This document shows, piece after piece, positions 11,196 through 23,559 of a stretch of 64,000 nt of DNA (the first letter of the stretch is position 1; every line of letters begins with the position of its first letter). The notes below the pieces were generated by a model. The model was not told the DNA's origin. It ran no database searches and saw only the letters and a list, made by a program, of their open reading frames with translations. A program made the position numbers and the translations under genes. This DNA comes from Okamejei kenojei (Eukaryota): the NCBI GenBank assembly GCA_035221665.1, contig CM069145.1:41044001-41108000 (forward strand), written 5' to 3'.

Positions 11196-14100
11196 CTGCA
11201 CACCCACCCTGCACAAACTTATTTAGATTTCTCATAATTTACAAATGACTCAGCCTTTTCTAGTTTCCAACCAAATACAATGCCACATTAGTCTGGATAG
11301 GCAAGAAGTCAGCATAGTGGGCCCGAGTGCCTATTTCTATGCTGTACATCTCTATGACATTGTATTCCATCTGTCATCTGATCAGACTGATCTTCCCACC
11401 GAATCGTGAATTATCAGAACACTCTACTACCTCACATTATTTCTTTTCAACAGTTATTTATGTAAACTGTGACTAAATAACCAGCAAAACTAATCCTCTG
11501 TGGCACCTTGCTGGCAAACCAACCTGAAATTATCCTGCTACTTTCTACCCTTTTTGTGTATTGTCCTTTATCCAATAAACCTCCCTTGACAATAGGTTAC
11601 TGTCAATAACCTGGGCTTCTATTTTATGCAAGGCTCTTAGCAAATGGCTTTTGAAAAATCCATATTCTGTATCTGCTGGTTTTCGTTTTTGCTTGCCCTA
11701 CAGGTTACATCTTAAGAATTAATCCAGCCAGCAGTTAATCACTAAAGAACTCTCCCGGTGCTGTGCAATTGAATTTCATCAAAATCCAGAATATTGTGAG
11801 AGATGCCAGGGTTGCTTAATTATTGAAAATGATGAAAACAGGATTTTTAATATTAATTACTATTACATCAAAATCAGTAAATCCACAAATTCCAATATTG
11901 TAATTCTTAAATTCAAGTGACTGTTGTGAATGTGTGAACCTGCAATCTTGCTTAGTCCTCCTCTACATGATTAAAACCCTAAAAACATATGAGGTGACAA
12001 ATTTAATTCACAAACAAGAAACTGGACTCACAGTAATCAGTCAATTGAATCAAAAGTTGCAAGTTTTAAATTACTTTGTATTTTTCAAGCACGGTCACAA
12101 TATGGCTCCTGGATAATACAGCACTCTCTAAACATACAGGTTTATCTATGAAGTAATAATCACCATGATATGCAAAAGCAATGCTCCAAAAGTTTGCTAC
12201 AAAACAAGATAGTTACAGAAATGTAGAAATCACAACATTAATTGCATAAAAATATAATTTTCAAGACCAACTGCAGACAGCAGAGAAGGACAAATTGCAT
12301 AGAAAAAAGTATCTAACATATAGTCCATGAATGGTGTTACAACACAGAGACAAAATGAAAATGAAGGGCAAAAACAGTTTTCTGAAATAAGACAGAGGGT
12401 TGTGATATTCAGGACAACATTCAGGCTGGAGGTTTATGACCAAATGAGTTCTTTAGAGATTTGTGCTGCGACCTCTGCTGTTTGTGATATATATAAATGA
12501 CATGGACCTAAATGTAGACTTGGTTACATAGATTTGATAGGCTTGGTTAGCAAGTTTTCAGATTACACCAAGATTGCTGGGGTTGCAGACTATGAGGAAG
12601 GCTGTCAAAGTATACAGTAGGAATATGAAATGAAATGGGTGGAGAAGAGGCAGATGGGGTTTAATCCAGGCAGGGGTGAGGTGTTGCACTTTGGGGGGTC
12701 GTGTGAAAGGGAAAAATGGCAGGACCCTTAACAGCATTGATGTACAGAGGGATCTTGGAGTCAAAGTCCACAACATCTGAAAGTAGCAAATCAGGTAGAT
12801 AGAGCAGTAAATAAGGCACTTGGTACTTGTGCTGTCTAAAAATTGTTTTCTCCTGTGGCGGCATGCTCCAGGCACCGAACCCCTCTGTATAAAATCAAAC
12901 CGTCTCCAAAGTCTTCACATTCTCCCGACAGCATGGCGACCAGAATTCCACACAATACTTCAAATGAGGCCTAACCACAATGTTATATATCCACAACATG
13001 ACTTCCCAACTTTCATACTCAATGCCCTGATTGAGGATAGACCCCCATACACTTTCTCTACTCTATTCACTTGTGTTGAAACTGTCAGAGAGCTATGTAT
13101 TACCACACCCAGATCCCTCTATACTCCAATGCTATCAAGGGCCCGGCTTTTTAGTGTATACTTTCCTCATGCTGATGAGTGGCACATCTCAAAGAATTTA
13201 CATCTCCACATAAAATCACCTCAAATTATCACATGGGGACGGATTCTTACTCTTGGAAGAGACTTGTGTTCCACCTCTCAGTAGTCTCTTCTGATGTTTG
13301 GTATTGCAGGTCTCCTGGCCTCTACCTCATCCCACCACCACAATGTCTATTCCCTCAATCTCATCAGCCAGGTGAACAAGACCTGCTTTCTGGCATGGAA
13401 CTTAACACCAAATATATGTGCAATCCAATTCCTGAGAAATTAATTTTGTTTCACCTCTTCTTGCACCCCCCTCCCCCTTCTTGATCACTATTGAACAAAA
13501 CAGTATTAATTGAAAGTTAGTGATAAGAAAAGATTCATATTGATTGTGAAATTCAAGACGGTTTCCTCATGACTGGGCAATATAGATCATATCTATATAT
13601 CAAAAGAAGACAGTGCTAAAAAAAATTCAGGCAGTGTCTCTGGAGAACATGGATAGGTGACGTTTCAGGTCAGGACCCTTCTTCAGACCTTTGTACATTT
13701 TAAACTTTTGCAAACTAGCATCTGCAGTTCCTAGTTTCAACTTTAATCTATGTATCAAAAACATTTATATCCACTTTACATCACCATCTGCGCAATAAAA
13801 CTCTGAGAATCCAATATCCTGAGGACTTTGGTGGTGTTCAATTATACCAGTGCACGATATCACTGGATGTTACTCCCATTGTTATCATTTATTATAAATG
13901 ATATTGTATAAAATACAACTAAAAATCCTCTAATGAGTGCAGTGAGTTTAAAGGAGGTGGAAAACTATTCAAATACTCTGGGTCACGGCCACAAACCTAC
14001 CCTAGTATTCAGGACCCAATTCCAGCATCAGCTGCACAACTGGTCCACAGTCAGTCTTGTCTCCCTGCTTGCACTCCGGACCCACAGATCTCACTTTGAG

Positions 14101-15149
14101 CTAGGTGCACAATTATCAACATTTACAAACAATTAAATGCTGGAGTATTGGACTTTGCTATAGGTAATTTTTTTAATCAGAGCACTTTGGCTAACTAATT
14201 GAAGACACTCGTGTAGAACAAATGTGTAAATCTGTAATGCTAAGAGTTATGATAACATTTAATGGTCAAACCCAGAATGTGCGAGCTTTAATTCCTCGAC
14301 TATATCAGACAAATGACAAATAACACATGCTCGTGTTAGGATAGTAATTAATACCCAAGGTAGACACAAAATGCTGGAGTAACAGCTGGGCAGGCAGCAT
14401 CTCTGGAGAGAAGGAATGGGTGATGTTTTTTCGGGTCGAGACCCTTCTTCAGACTTAATACCCAAGGTTTGACTCCTTTCACTGTTCCGAAACTTCTGAA
14501 ACAATGTGTTAATACTTGGATATAATGTAAAGGTAGTTCAGCTATTATAAACTATATGACTGAAATTTTATTTACACTCAGAGTATTCTCGTTCATGAGC
14601 ATGATTTTTTTTTTAGGCACTGAACAAAATATTTGGCAGCTCTCCTGGATTAAAACCATCACAACAGCCAGCACCTTCAGGGGAAAGAGGCAATATTAGA
14701 AGGAAAATGGGTGTTATGTACACCATAAGCTAACCGTCATACCTGAAGTTTGATTGAAAGATAAAACTTGGTCATATTAACAATTACAATGAAGATAACA
14801 ACAACAATAACAAAAGCTGCAGAATTTGTACTGAAAATAACAATGATTCTGCAAAAGACCAATACCAAACCACAATTATTCCTACTTTGACAACTCATGT
14901 AGTTTTAATAATAAAACTGATATTATCTGTGCACAAAACACTCAGTGATTGCTGATATTCATGCTCTTAGGAGTTACAAGCACATTATTTTTAATTAAAT
15001 TAATTTCAACAATAGCCTATCTCATGAGATAGTCTCGTGATCAAAAAAATTACATTTTCAAAGTGAGTGATATCACACAGAAAGAAACGTGCGGAATAAA
15101 TATAATCAAGTTAATTTTATAGAAAGATAGGGAAAGAGCAGGTGGTGTC

Positions 15150-16200
15150 TATTTGAGTCTGCTCCACCATTCAACGTGATCATGGCTAATCACCCATCTC
15201 AATGTCATGTTTCCACGTTCTCCAACTGTCCATTGAGGCCTTTTGTCTAGACTTCACTTATTTCATTAAATATATTCAATGACTTGGACTCTACAGCCCT
15301 CTGTGATGACCAAATCGAAGGTTGCCATATCCGAGTTGAAAAAACATTTCTCATCATCTCACTTCTAAATGTCTTATCTCATAATCCGACATTGTGACCC
15401 CTCTCAGTGCAGAGACTTGAGCCAGAAGAAACTTCCTCACATCCAGTCTATCTAGTCCCGTCAGAAAGTTACACGTTTCAATTAAAATCCCGTCAGAAAA
15501 TTACAAGTTTCAATAAAATCTCATCTCATTCTTCCAAATTTAGTGAGCACATATCTGGTTGACCTAATCTCTCTTCATAAAACAGTCCATCCTAGCAATC
15601 AATCCAGTTCAGTTATCTTTCAGTATCACTGGATTGATCTACAATTATTTACAACAAGCTTTTTTTAAGAAAAGGCGACCAAAATATATAGAATATAAAA
15701 AGTGCGGTCCCACCAAGACCCGACATTCCTTCATCTGAATCATCCAAAGAGTAATTTGCCTTCTTAAATGCTCATTACACCTGCAATTTGCTTTCAGCAA
15801 TTGGAGTAACTGAAAATCCAAATCTCTTTGTACATCATTGTTTCCCCATTCAACTGTATTTAATGCTTTGTTTACATTTAAGCACATTGTATTGCATCCG
15901 CCAATTCATTCAAACTGTTTAAGTTGCCATGAAGCCTTTTTATTTCTCCTCACAATTCAGTAATTCAACAAACTTTGAATAATTGCATTTTGTGCCTTCA
16001 TCTAAATTATTGATATGTTTTGTTAAATCTATTCTCCCAATTATATTCTCCAATGACTCCAACAGGATTGTCAAATATGAATTCCCTTCCAGAATCCAAG
16101 TTAACCTTGTCTTATAATGTTGATATTTACTAAGTGTGCTGTTAGCTCAATCTTTACAATGTCCTCTAGCATTTTTCCCCACAACTGAAATTTCTAGTTT
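15150..16200 (-). mobile_element. old, highly diverged CR1 LINE fragment
   Basis: Degenerate reverse complement of the CR1 3' region (ORF 15645..15887 includes VLVGPH). Boundaries are approximate. Confidence 0.6.
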
Positions 16201-17333
16201 TCTTTCCCCTTCGGTCTAAACAAATGTATTAAAAAAAAAACCCAAAAGACATGAAAGATATCTAATTGACATCAGATACATCAGAAAGTGCTGAGGGAAC
16301 TCAGTGGGTCAGGCAGTATATGTGTAGGTAATGAACAGGTGACGTTTCGGGTCAGGATCCTTCTTCACACTAGTCGTCAGTCCACTTCCTCCACAGATGC
16401 TGCCTGATCCGCTGAATTCCTCCAGAACTTTGTGTTTTGCTCAAGATTCCAGCATCTGCGGTTTCTTCTGCCCCCGTTAGATACATCAGCCTCTTTCCTC
16501 CCTCACAGGTGTACACAGTCCATTAAATTTATAAAAGAGGAATAGGAATGATTATCAATAGCTTTCGTTCATCAACCCACCACCCAATATTATCTCGTAG
16601 CTCATTAGTTATCTTACACAATATGAAACAAGATTTATAGCGAACAAAACGTGGGTACGGTCAGAAATCGTATGAAACTCTTTTCACAACCACCTCGCCA
16701 AAACATAACGGTTAATACAAGTGTAACAGAGTGCAGCCGCAGAAGATAAATGATTATGGCAAACAGCCATTACGGAAATCACTTCCAGGTTAAAATGCGA
16801 GCAACCTGAAATGTGGCACAAAACCATCACAACACCTCTTCACGTGTTGCTGTGCTTCATCTGATATCCGCAGCAGTTTCCACAAGACAAGCACATTTCA
16901 TTTCAGAGAGGCGATTACAGCAGCAAGAGAAACAACCAGCAACGCTGAAGGCTGCGAATATGGTCTAAAAGCCATCGGGCAAAAGGGAAAGAATGTAAGG
17001 AAGGTGGTGATGATGATTGAGAGTGTGCGTGCGTGAGGAGCGACGGAGACTGGGACCGTGGGACGGGACTACAACTCCTGTGGTGCTCGGCGCCCGGGAG
17101 GGTTTGCTTCAACATTTGAGACGCTTAAAACGGTGGGAAGAAAAGTAAACGGTTTAATGAGCAGACGGCCGGTCGTGGAAGAGGAAAATGAGGTGAAAAC
17201 GTGCGTGAACGAGCGCAGGAGGAGGGACAGGGAGTGTTTTGTGGTTAAAGCGTGAGGTGAAGTTGTCAAGTGGGAAGGAAGGCTGGCGCTTTAAATGCCC
17301 TTCCTCTCAGCGAGGAGATTAACGACGGCTTAC

Positions 17334-17560
17334 CGACAACTCCGCACCTGCAAGTGCCACCTCTTTCCGCCGGGCGTCGTCGAGAGTCACGACTGACCAT
17401 TTTCTGAGGGATTGTTGGGGGGGAAGAGTCGCTCCTGCCCCCGGGCGGCTGTCACCAAGTGACTCGGGGCTCCCGCCCGCCTCCATAGCCGACTGACCGA
17501 CCGACCGACCGTCGTCAACAACAGCGACAACGACGCGGCGCGCACGGAGAGGGGGGAGGC
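17334..17560 (-). CDS. LCOR: LCOR first exon (ATG at 17400: MVSRDSRRRPAERGGTCRCGVVG; alternative ATG at 17486)
   Basis: Donor GTCG|gtaagc at 17334/17333 inside the CpG island. The ATG-17400 frame ends in phase 1, joins GFE of the 66-nt exon, and weakly resembles AERRG...CVG. The 5' end is approximate. Confidence 0.55.
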
Positions 17561-18082
17561 CCGACGCTGCGTGCGCGTTCCCGCTCTCCCCCCCCCCCCG
17601 GGGGGGTCAGGCGCCGGAGCGCGTTCACGACGCACGCGTTACGCGCGCCCCCCCCACCCGCGCTGACGTCGTGGGGCGCACGTACACGGCGTGACGTCAC
17701 CGCGCAAGTCGACGTCCCAAAAGCCACAACAATAATGAATGGATGGATGGATGATACTTTGTTTATAAACTGAAAGTACCATTCATTCAATCGGCTGCAG
17801 GAACTCAGCGGGTCAGGCAGTATCTCCGGAGCAGGGAGATGCTCACCATTTATTTTCTCTTGCACCACCTCTCTTGCACTGGCGACTGTGCGCGCTGCTT
17901 GGGTCGCACACTGGCACAGAGCGGAGGCGCTCACTGTGGCCGCGGCTCGCTGCACCACGGCGCGCCGCCACTGGGGGCGCCCGCCCGCCCGCCGCCAATC
18001 CGCTGCCTCCTTGCTTGCAGTGTGGCCATGGGCCTGGGCCAATCGCGGTGCCGCACCCGGGGCACGGCTCCGCGAAGCCGCG

Positions 18083-18110
18083 ATGGCGCCCATGAAGCTC
18101 TGTATCCCAG
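18083..18110 (+). CDS. EXOSC1: EXOSC1 (Csl4) exon 1, MAPMKLCIPG
   Basis: gcgATGG start and CAG|gtaaac donor; matches human MAPPVRYCIPG. Confidence 0.9.
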
Positions 18111-18207
18111 GTAAACGTGAGGCTGGGGTTGCCGGGGCATCTGTGGCGGGGGCGAGGGGGAAGGGGGAGGGAGACGGGTGGAAAGAGGGGCAGGGGAGGA
18201 GGAGGAG

Positions 18208-18590
18208 ACCCTAATCCTGTTCTCTGACCTTAACCCTGTTCTCTGACCCTAATCCTGTTCTCTGACCCTAATCCTGTTCTCTGACCCCAATCCTGTTCTC
18301 TGACCCCAATCCTGTTCTCTGACCCCAATCCTGTTCTCTGACCCCAATCCTGTTCTCTGACCCTAATCCTGTTCTCTGACCCCGACCCTGTTCTCTGACC
18401 CCGACCCTGTCCTCTGACCCCGACCCTGTCCTCTGACCCCGACCCTGTCCTCTGACCCCGGCCCTGTCCTCTGACCCCGGCCCTGTCCTCTGACCCCGGC
18501 CCTGTCCTCTGACCCCGACCCTGTCCTCTGACCCCGACCCTGTCCTCTGACCCTAACCCTTTTCTCTGACCTAACCCTGATCTCTGACCC
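18208..18590. repeat. 19-bp minisatellite, about 20 copies (GACCCYRRYCCTGTYCTCT)
   Basis: Directly visible tandem array in EXOSC1 intron 1. Confidence 0.95.
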
Positions 18591-19072
18591 AACTTGCCCA
18601 TAACGACCAAGATGTCCCATCTATGCTAATCCCACCTAGCCTGCATTTGGACCCATATCTCTCTATCCATGTATGTTCAAAATGTATTTTAAGTGCTGTG
18701 AGAGTATCTTGCTTCAGCTACTTTCTCTAGCAGCTCGTTCCATGTACCCAGTAGAAAAGGTTGACCCATGGGTTTCTATTAAAATTTCCCCCTCTCACTT
18801 TAAACCTATGTCCTCTGGATCTTCATTCCCCTACCCGGGGTAAAAAGACAGGGCAGCCACCCTATCTGTTCACCTCATGATTTTATACATCATGGTAAGA
18901 TTTTTATACACTTTCAAATGTTTCCTTGGGTAACATAACTAGTTGTACTTCAAACTGCTTAACATTGGAATTGTCGAGGTGCATTAGGATTCTTGCATTC
19001 ATAAAAGATTCATGTAAATACATGTCTTTTTATGTATGAACATATCTAATCTGATGCATTGCAAGCTTACAG

Positions 19073-19188
19073 GAGAGAGACTGTGCAGCATAGAAGACAG
19101 CACTCCTGGTGGTGGCACGTACTCCAGGCACGGATACATTTTTGCATCTTTAGCTGGATATGTGCTGAAGAGAAATGACAATGGAATG
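19073..19188 (+). CDS. EXOSC1: EXOSC1 exon 2 (ERLCSIEDSTPGGGTYSRHGYIFASLAGYVLKRNDNGM)
   Basis: ttacag|...|gtaagt, 116 nt; strong match to EXOSC1. Confidence 0.95.
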
Positions 19189-21368
19189 GTAAGTTTAGTT
19201 TAGAGATGCAGCATGGAAAGAGGACCTTTGCTCCACCGAGTCCATGCTGCCCATCGATCACCCGTTCACACCAGTTCGATGTTATCCCACTTTCTCATCC
19301 TCTCCCAACACACCAGAGGTAATTTACAAAAGGCCGATTCACCTATGAACCTTGGGAATGTGGGAGGAAACCAGAGCACCCGGATGAAACCCATGTTGGG
19401 AAACATAAAATTCTTAAAGGATTGGACAGGCTAGATGCAGGGGAAATGTTTCCGATGTTGGGGGAATCCAGAACCAGGGGTCACACTATAAGAATAAGGG
19501 GTAGGCCATTTAGGACTGAGATGAGGAAAAACCTTTTTATCCAGAGAGTTGTGAATCTGGAATTGTCTTAGAGCTAAATGAATCAAGGGATATTGGGGGA
19601 AAAGCAGGAATGGGGTACTGATTTTAGATGATCAGCCAAGATCATATTGAATGGAGGTGCTGGCTCGAAGGGCCGAATGGCTAACTCCTGCACCTATTTT
19701 TCTATGTTGTCACAAAGGGAGGGTGCAAAATCTACACAGACAGCACCCGAGGTCAGGATGGAACCCGGGTCTCCAGCACTGTGAGGCAGCAGTTCTTTCA
19801 GCTGCGCCACTGTGCTGCAAGTGAGGCAAGGATCATTGACACAGGCTCCGTTTGGGTGCTTCCTTTCCCACTCGGTCGTCTCATCTTTGCATCTGATCAT
19901 CCCCAAGCGGTGAATCTTTGGGGAAGAGGAGTTCGTTCACGCTGTTCAAATCCCAGCAGAGCAAGGCATTTGGAATTTACGAATCAAATAGCAGTCTTAG
20001 TAACCATGGAATTTACGAGATTGTCACAATAACAACTGGTTTATTAACGTTGGGAAGAAAATCTTCAATCTTTACCCAGTTGGACTTGTATGTGGACATA
20101 AAGAACTGCAGATGTTGGTTAATAGAAAAAAGGGACCAAGTTCTGGAGTGACTTAGCATGTCAGGTGGCATCTCTGGATAGATGATGTTTCAGATCGGGA
20201 CAGGTCTTTTTTATTTGGCCTGGGGGTGATTGGCGCTCAATTGCCTCCCCAATTTAGTTTATTGTCACATTTACTGAGGTACAGTGATAAGCTTGTGTTG
20301 CGTGCTATCTTGTCAGTGTAACGACTATATATGATTGCAATCGAGCCATCCGCAGATACAGGATAAAAGGAATAACGTATAGTGCACAATAAATTTGATT
20401 AAAGAGTCTTGAGGATCGTTCGTTCAGAGGCAATTAGGCATGGGCCATAAATTCTGGCATCAAATGAAAGGATAGAAAAACAATCTGCCAGCAGTCGGGA
20501 AAGGAGCACAATACACCTTAGCCAAGCTTTCATGATTCATCTATTGTAGACTGACTGAATATTCTTCCAAACCTTGTGCCAGGTTTGACAATTTCTTCCC
20601 ACTGTGTGTATCAGACCAAAGAAAGCTCTCTTGCACCTCCTGGAGGCCAGTTTAATTCTATCTTGTGCACAAAAAGACACAAAGTACTGGAGTAACTTAG
20701 CGGGTCAGGCAGCATGGACAGGTGACATTTCGGATTGAGACCCTTCTTAGGACTGACATCTCCAGAGATGCTGCCTGACCCACTGAGTTACTCCAGCACT
20801 TTGTCCTTCTTTGTATTAACCAGCATCTGCAGTTCTTTCTTTCTACTTCTTAAATCTAGTTTGGTTGGGATTGAATGCAGCAGGAAACTTGTTACCCACG
20901 GTGGTCAGGATATGCAAGTTATTACCAAAGAGTAGGTGAAGTGGGAAATGGGAATCTGAATAAACAAGTGGGGGTGAAAGGATTGGAAGTATATCTATAT
21001 ATAACCACAAAATTCTGGAGTAACTCAGCGGCTCAGTTAGCATCTCTGGAGAAAAGGAATAGGTGACGTTTTGGATCGAGAACCTTCTTCAGACAAAGAA
21101 TAATCAGTGGCGCAGTGTCTGAAGAAGGGTCTCGATCCAAAAGTCTGAACAAGGCTCTCAATCCGAAACATCGCCCATTCCTTTTCTCCAGAGACGCTGC
21201 CTGACCCCCTGAGTAACACCATCATTTTGTGATTGTCTACCCTTGGTGTAAACCAACATCTGCAGTTCCTTCCTACACATCCAGATATGACTAACTGGAC
21301 ACAAGCCAAATGGCCCTGTGCTGTAAACCAGATGCAGTTCTGCGCTAATTGGAAGTTGGTGTTTGCAG

Positions 21369-21443
21369 GTGCCAGTTATAAGCGTGGTTCGAGATACAGA
21401 GCCCCAACTCCTGCCAGAAGTGGGCGTTGTGGTAACATGCAAG
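21369..21443 (+). CDS. EXOSC1: EXOSC1 exon 3 (VPVISVVRDTEPQLLPEVGVVVTCK)
   Basis: ttgcag|...|gtaaga, 75 nt. Confidence 0.95.
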
Positions 21444-21756
21444 GTAAGACCTTTTCACATCTTCTCTTTACAGCTCATGACAGAGCGGCTATTTTGTTGT
21501 CTGATTAGTTTAGTTTAGAGATACAGCATGGAAACAGGCCATGCGGCTCACTGAATCCATGCCGATCAACGATCACCCGTACACTAGGGCCAATTAGCCT
21601 AAATAACCCAAACCAATTTGATCAGTCTGAAGAAGGGTCCTGACGTGAAACGTTATCGGTCCATTTCACTCCACCAATGATGCCTGACCCGCTCAGTTCC
21701 AAAAGCCTTTTGGGGTTTTTTAAAACCCAAACCAGCGCTTAGTCTGTTGTCTTTAA

Positions 21757-22040
21757 TGATATGGCATGGAAACAGGCCTTTGCCCCACCAAGTCTACACT
21801 GACCAGCGATCACCGTGTACATTAGCACTATCCTACACACTAGGGACAATTTACAATTTACCAAAGTCAATGAACACTCAAACCTGTACGTCTATGGAGT
21901 GTGAGAGGAAATCGAAGCACCCGGAGAAAACCCAGAGAGTCACAGGGAGAACATACAAACTCCGTACAGATAGCACCCGTAGTTAGGATGGAACCCGGGT
22001 ATCTGGTACAGTGAGGCAGCAACTCTACCGCTGCGCCACT
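21757..22040 (-). mobile_element. HE1-type V-SINE (tRNA-derived head, CR1-like tail)
   Basis: Reverse complement of the family head GTGGCGCAGCGGTAGAGTTGCTGCCTCAC and of the central TTCTCCCTGTGAC...TTTCCTC domain. Confidence 0.8.
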
Positions 22041-22096
22041 GATTATTATAGATTTATAGTTGTGATCGATGAACCATTGCAAAACCCGGCCGAGAA

Positions 22097-23420
22097 TCTA
22101 TATTACTAAAAGTCTGATCTTGACCACTTCCTGTTCTGTATATTGATTTTAGAAAAAACGCTACCACTTACGGCTATGATTTTTGGCCATCTTACTCAGA
22201 GTCTCCCTCCGCGGTGCAGGACAAGAGGTTTTTTCCCATCGATTCAAAAATAAAAGAGTTATTAGAGGGACTATAAAACCCGGAAGTATTGAGTGCCTCC
22301 GTCAGTGTCTGCAAGATGGGGGAGCGAGAGGGTCACGTCTCCAGTCTGAGCTGTGAATAACACTGAACACATGTCTACTAAACTGAGTGTGGTTTTACTG
22401 ACCTTGAGTGCCCTTAATGTGGTTTGAAAATGAAATGTGGTTGGTTTGAAATAAAGCGCAGCAAATGGTTGGTGGTGGTTGGTTTGAAATGGCAAATGAT
22501 TAAAAGTCTAAACTTGACAACTTTCTGTGTGCACTGTAAATTGATTTTAGATAAAACGCTACTACTTACAGCTGTGATTTTTGTCCATCTTACTCAGCCC
22601 CCCTCCGCTCATCAGGTGCAGAGGATTCTTCCCATCAATGAAAAATAGAAGTGTTATTAGTGTTTTAAAAATGTTGAGAATCTCTCTCCTGTCAATCACA
22701 CCATGAAGGCCACTCCCCTTCCAGTAGGAGGGGAGAGGGATTATAAAACGCGGATGTGTGGGTGTGGCTCAGTCTCTGCAAGATGGGGGAGGGGGAGGTC
22801 ACGACTCTGTCTGAGCTATGAATCAACTAAACACACTGAATGTCTACTGAACTGTGAGTGTGGTTTTATGGTGGTTTCACCCTGCTTATGGTATGAAATT
22901 GCATTTGAATTTGATCGCCTTGCAACCTGCATGAAATGGTATGAAACTGCACGTGAATTTGTTGGCCTTGCACCCTGCTTGAAGTGGTTTGATACTGCAC
23001 TTGAATTTGTTGGCCTTGCAACTGCTTGAAGTGGTATGAAACTGCACTTGAATTTGTTGGCCTTGCACCCTGCTTGAAGTGGTATGAAACTGCACTTGAA
23101 TGTGTTGGCCTTGCACCCTGCTTGAAATGGAATTTCAAGGAATAGCCGTGAGTCAACTGCTAGCCCACCAGCCGTGAGTGAGTTGCCAGCATATCGGGCT
23201 TGAGTGACTGAGCTGCCACCCCAAGATTCCATTTGGCCCACCATGTCCATACTAACCCTCTGGAAACCAGTCCCTTCAGCCCACAACACCCATACTAGCA
23301 CTCCAGAAAGCGCCCCCCCCCCACTGGCCACCAATATTGGAATTGGTGGAGAGGTGGAATATTGCATTGGGGACCAGCCCTCCCGTGTGAACATGGGACC
23401 CAACGGGTCCCACAGTCTAG
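22097..23420 (+). mobile_element. non-autonomous Helitron
   Basis: A|TCTATATTACTAAAAG 5' end. 3' hairpin GGGACCC-AAC-GGGTCCC followed by CTAG|T. No TSD. Contains an internal ~300-bp duplication and a 48-bp tandem array. Confidence 0.8.
22878..23126. repeat. 48-bp tandem repeat (about 5 copies) inside the Helitron
   Basis: Units of CACCCTGCTTGAAGTGGTATGAAACTGCACTTGAATTTGTTGGCCTTG. Confidence 0.9.
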
Positions 23421-23470
23421 TATTTATTATTAATGTTGACAGATTTTTGTTCTTTCATTTTTATTGTCAG

Positions 23471-23559
23471 GTCACGAGTATTAACCCTCGATTTGCTAAA
23501 GTTCACATTATATACGTACGATCTACTCCACTCAAAGGGGCTTTTAGAGGAACCATCAG
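23471..23559 (+). CDS. EXOSC1: EXOSC1 exon 4 (VTSINPRFAKVHIIYVRSTPLKGAFRGTIR)
   Basis: tgtcag|...|gtaatg, 89 nt; S1-domain sequence. Confidence 0.95.

Larger units (their letters stand above)
17280..18200. promoter_or_regulatory. CpG island / bidirectional promoter between LCOR and EXOSC1
   Basis: GC- and CpG-rich. Palindromic CRE GTGACGTCAC at 17691-17700, second TGACGTC near 17664, CCAAT boxes at 17995 and 18039, divergent first exons on each side. Confidence 0.8.

Noticed and set aside
17515-18214. Long overlapping ORFs in the CpG island
   Set aside because: Stop-codon depletion in GC-rich promoter DNA; only the short first exons are supported.
18230-18620. G/R/Q-rich ORFs on the minus strand
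   Set aside because: They are translations of the 19-bp minisatellite.
22816-23403. Repetitive ORFs and a 48-bp array resembling a CRISPR or repeat protein
   Set aside because: Contiguous tandem units with no unique spacers, no cas genes, eukaryotic context, and located inside a Helitron.
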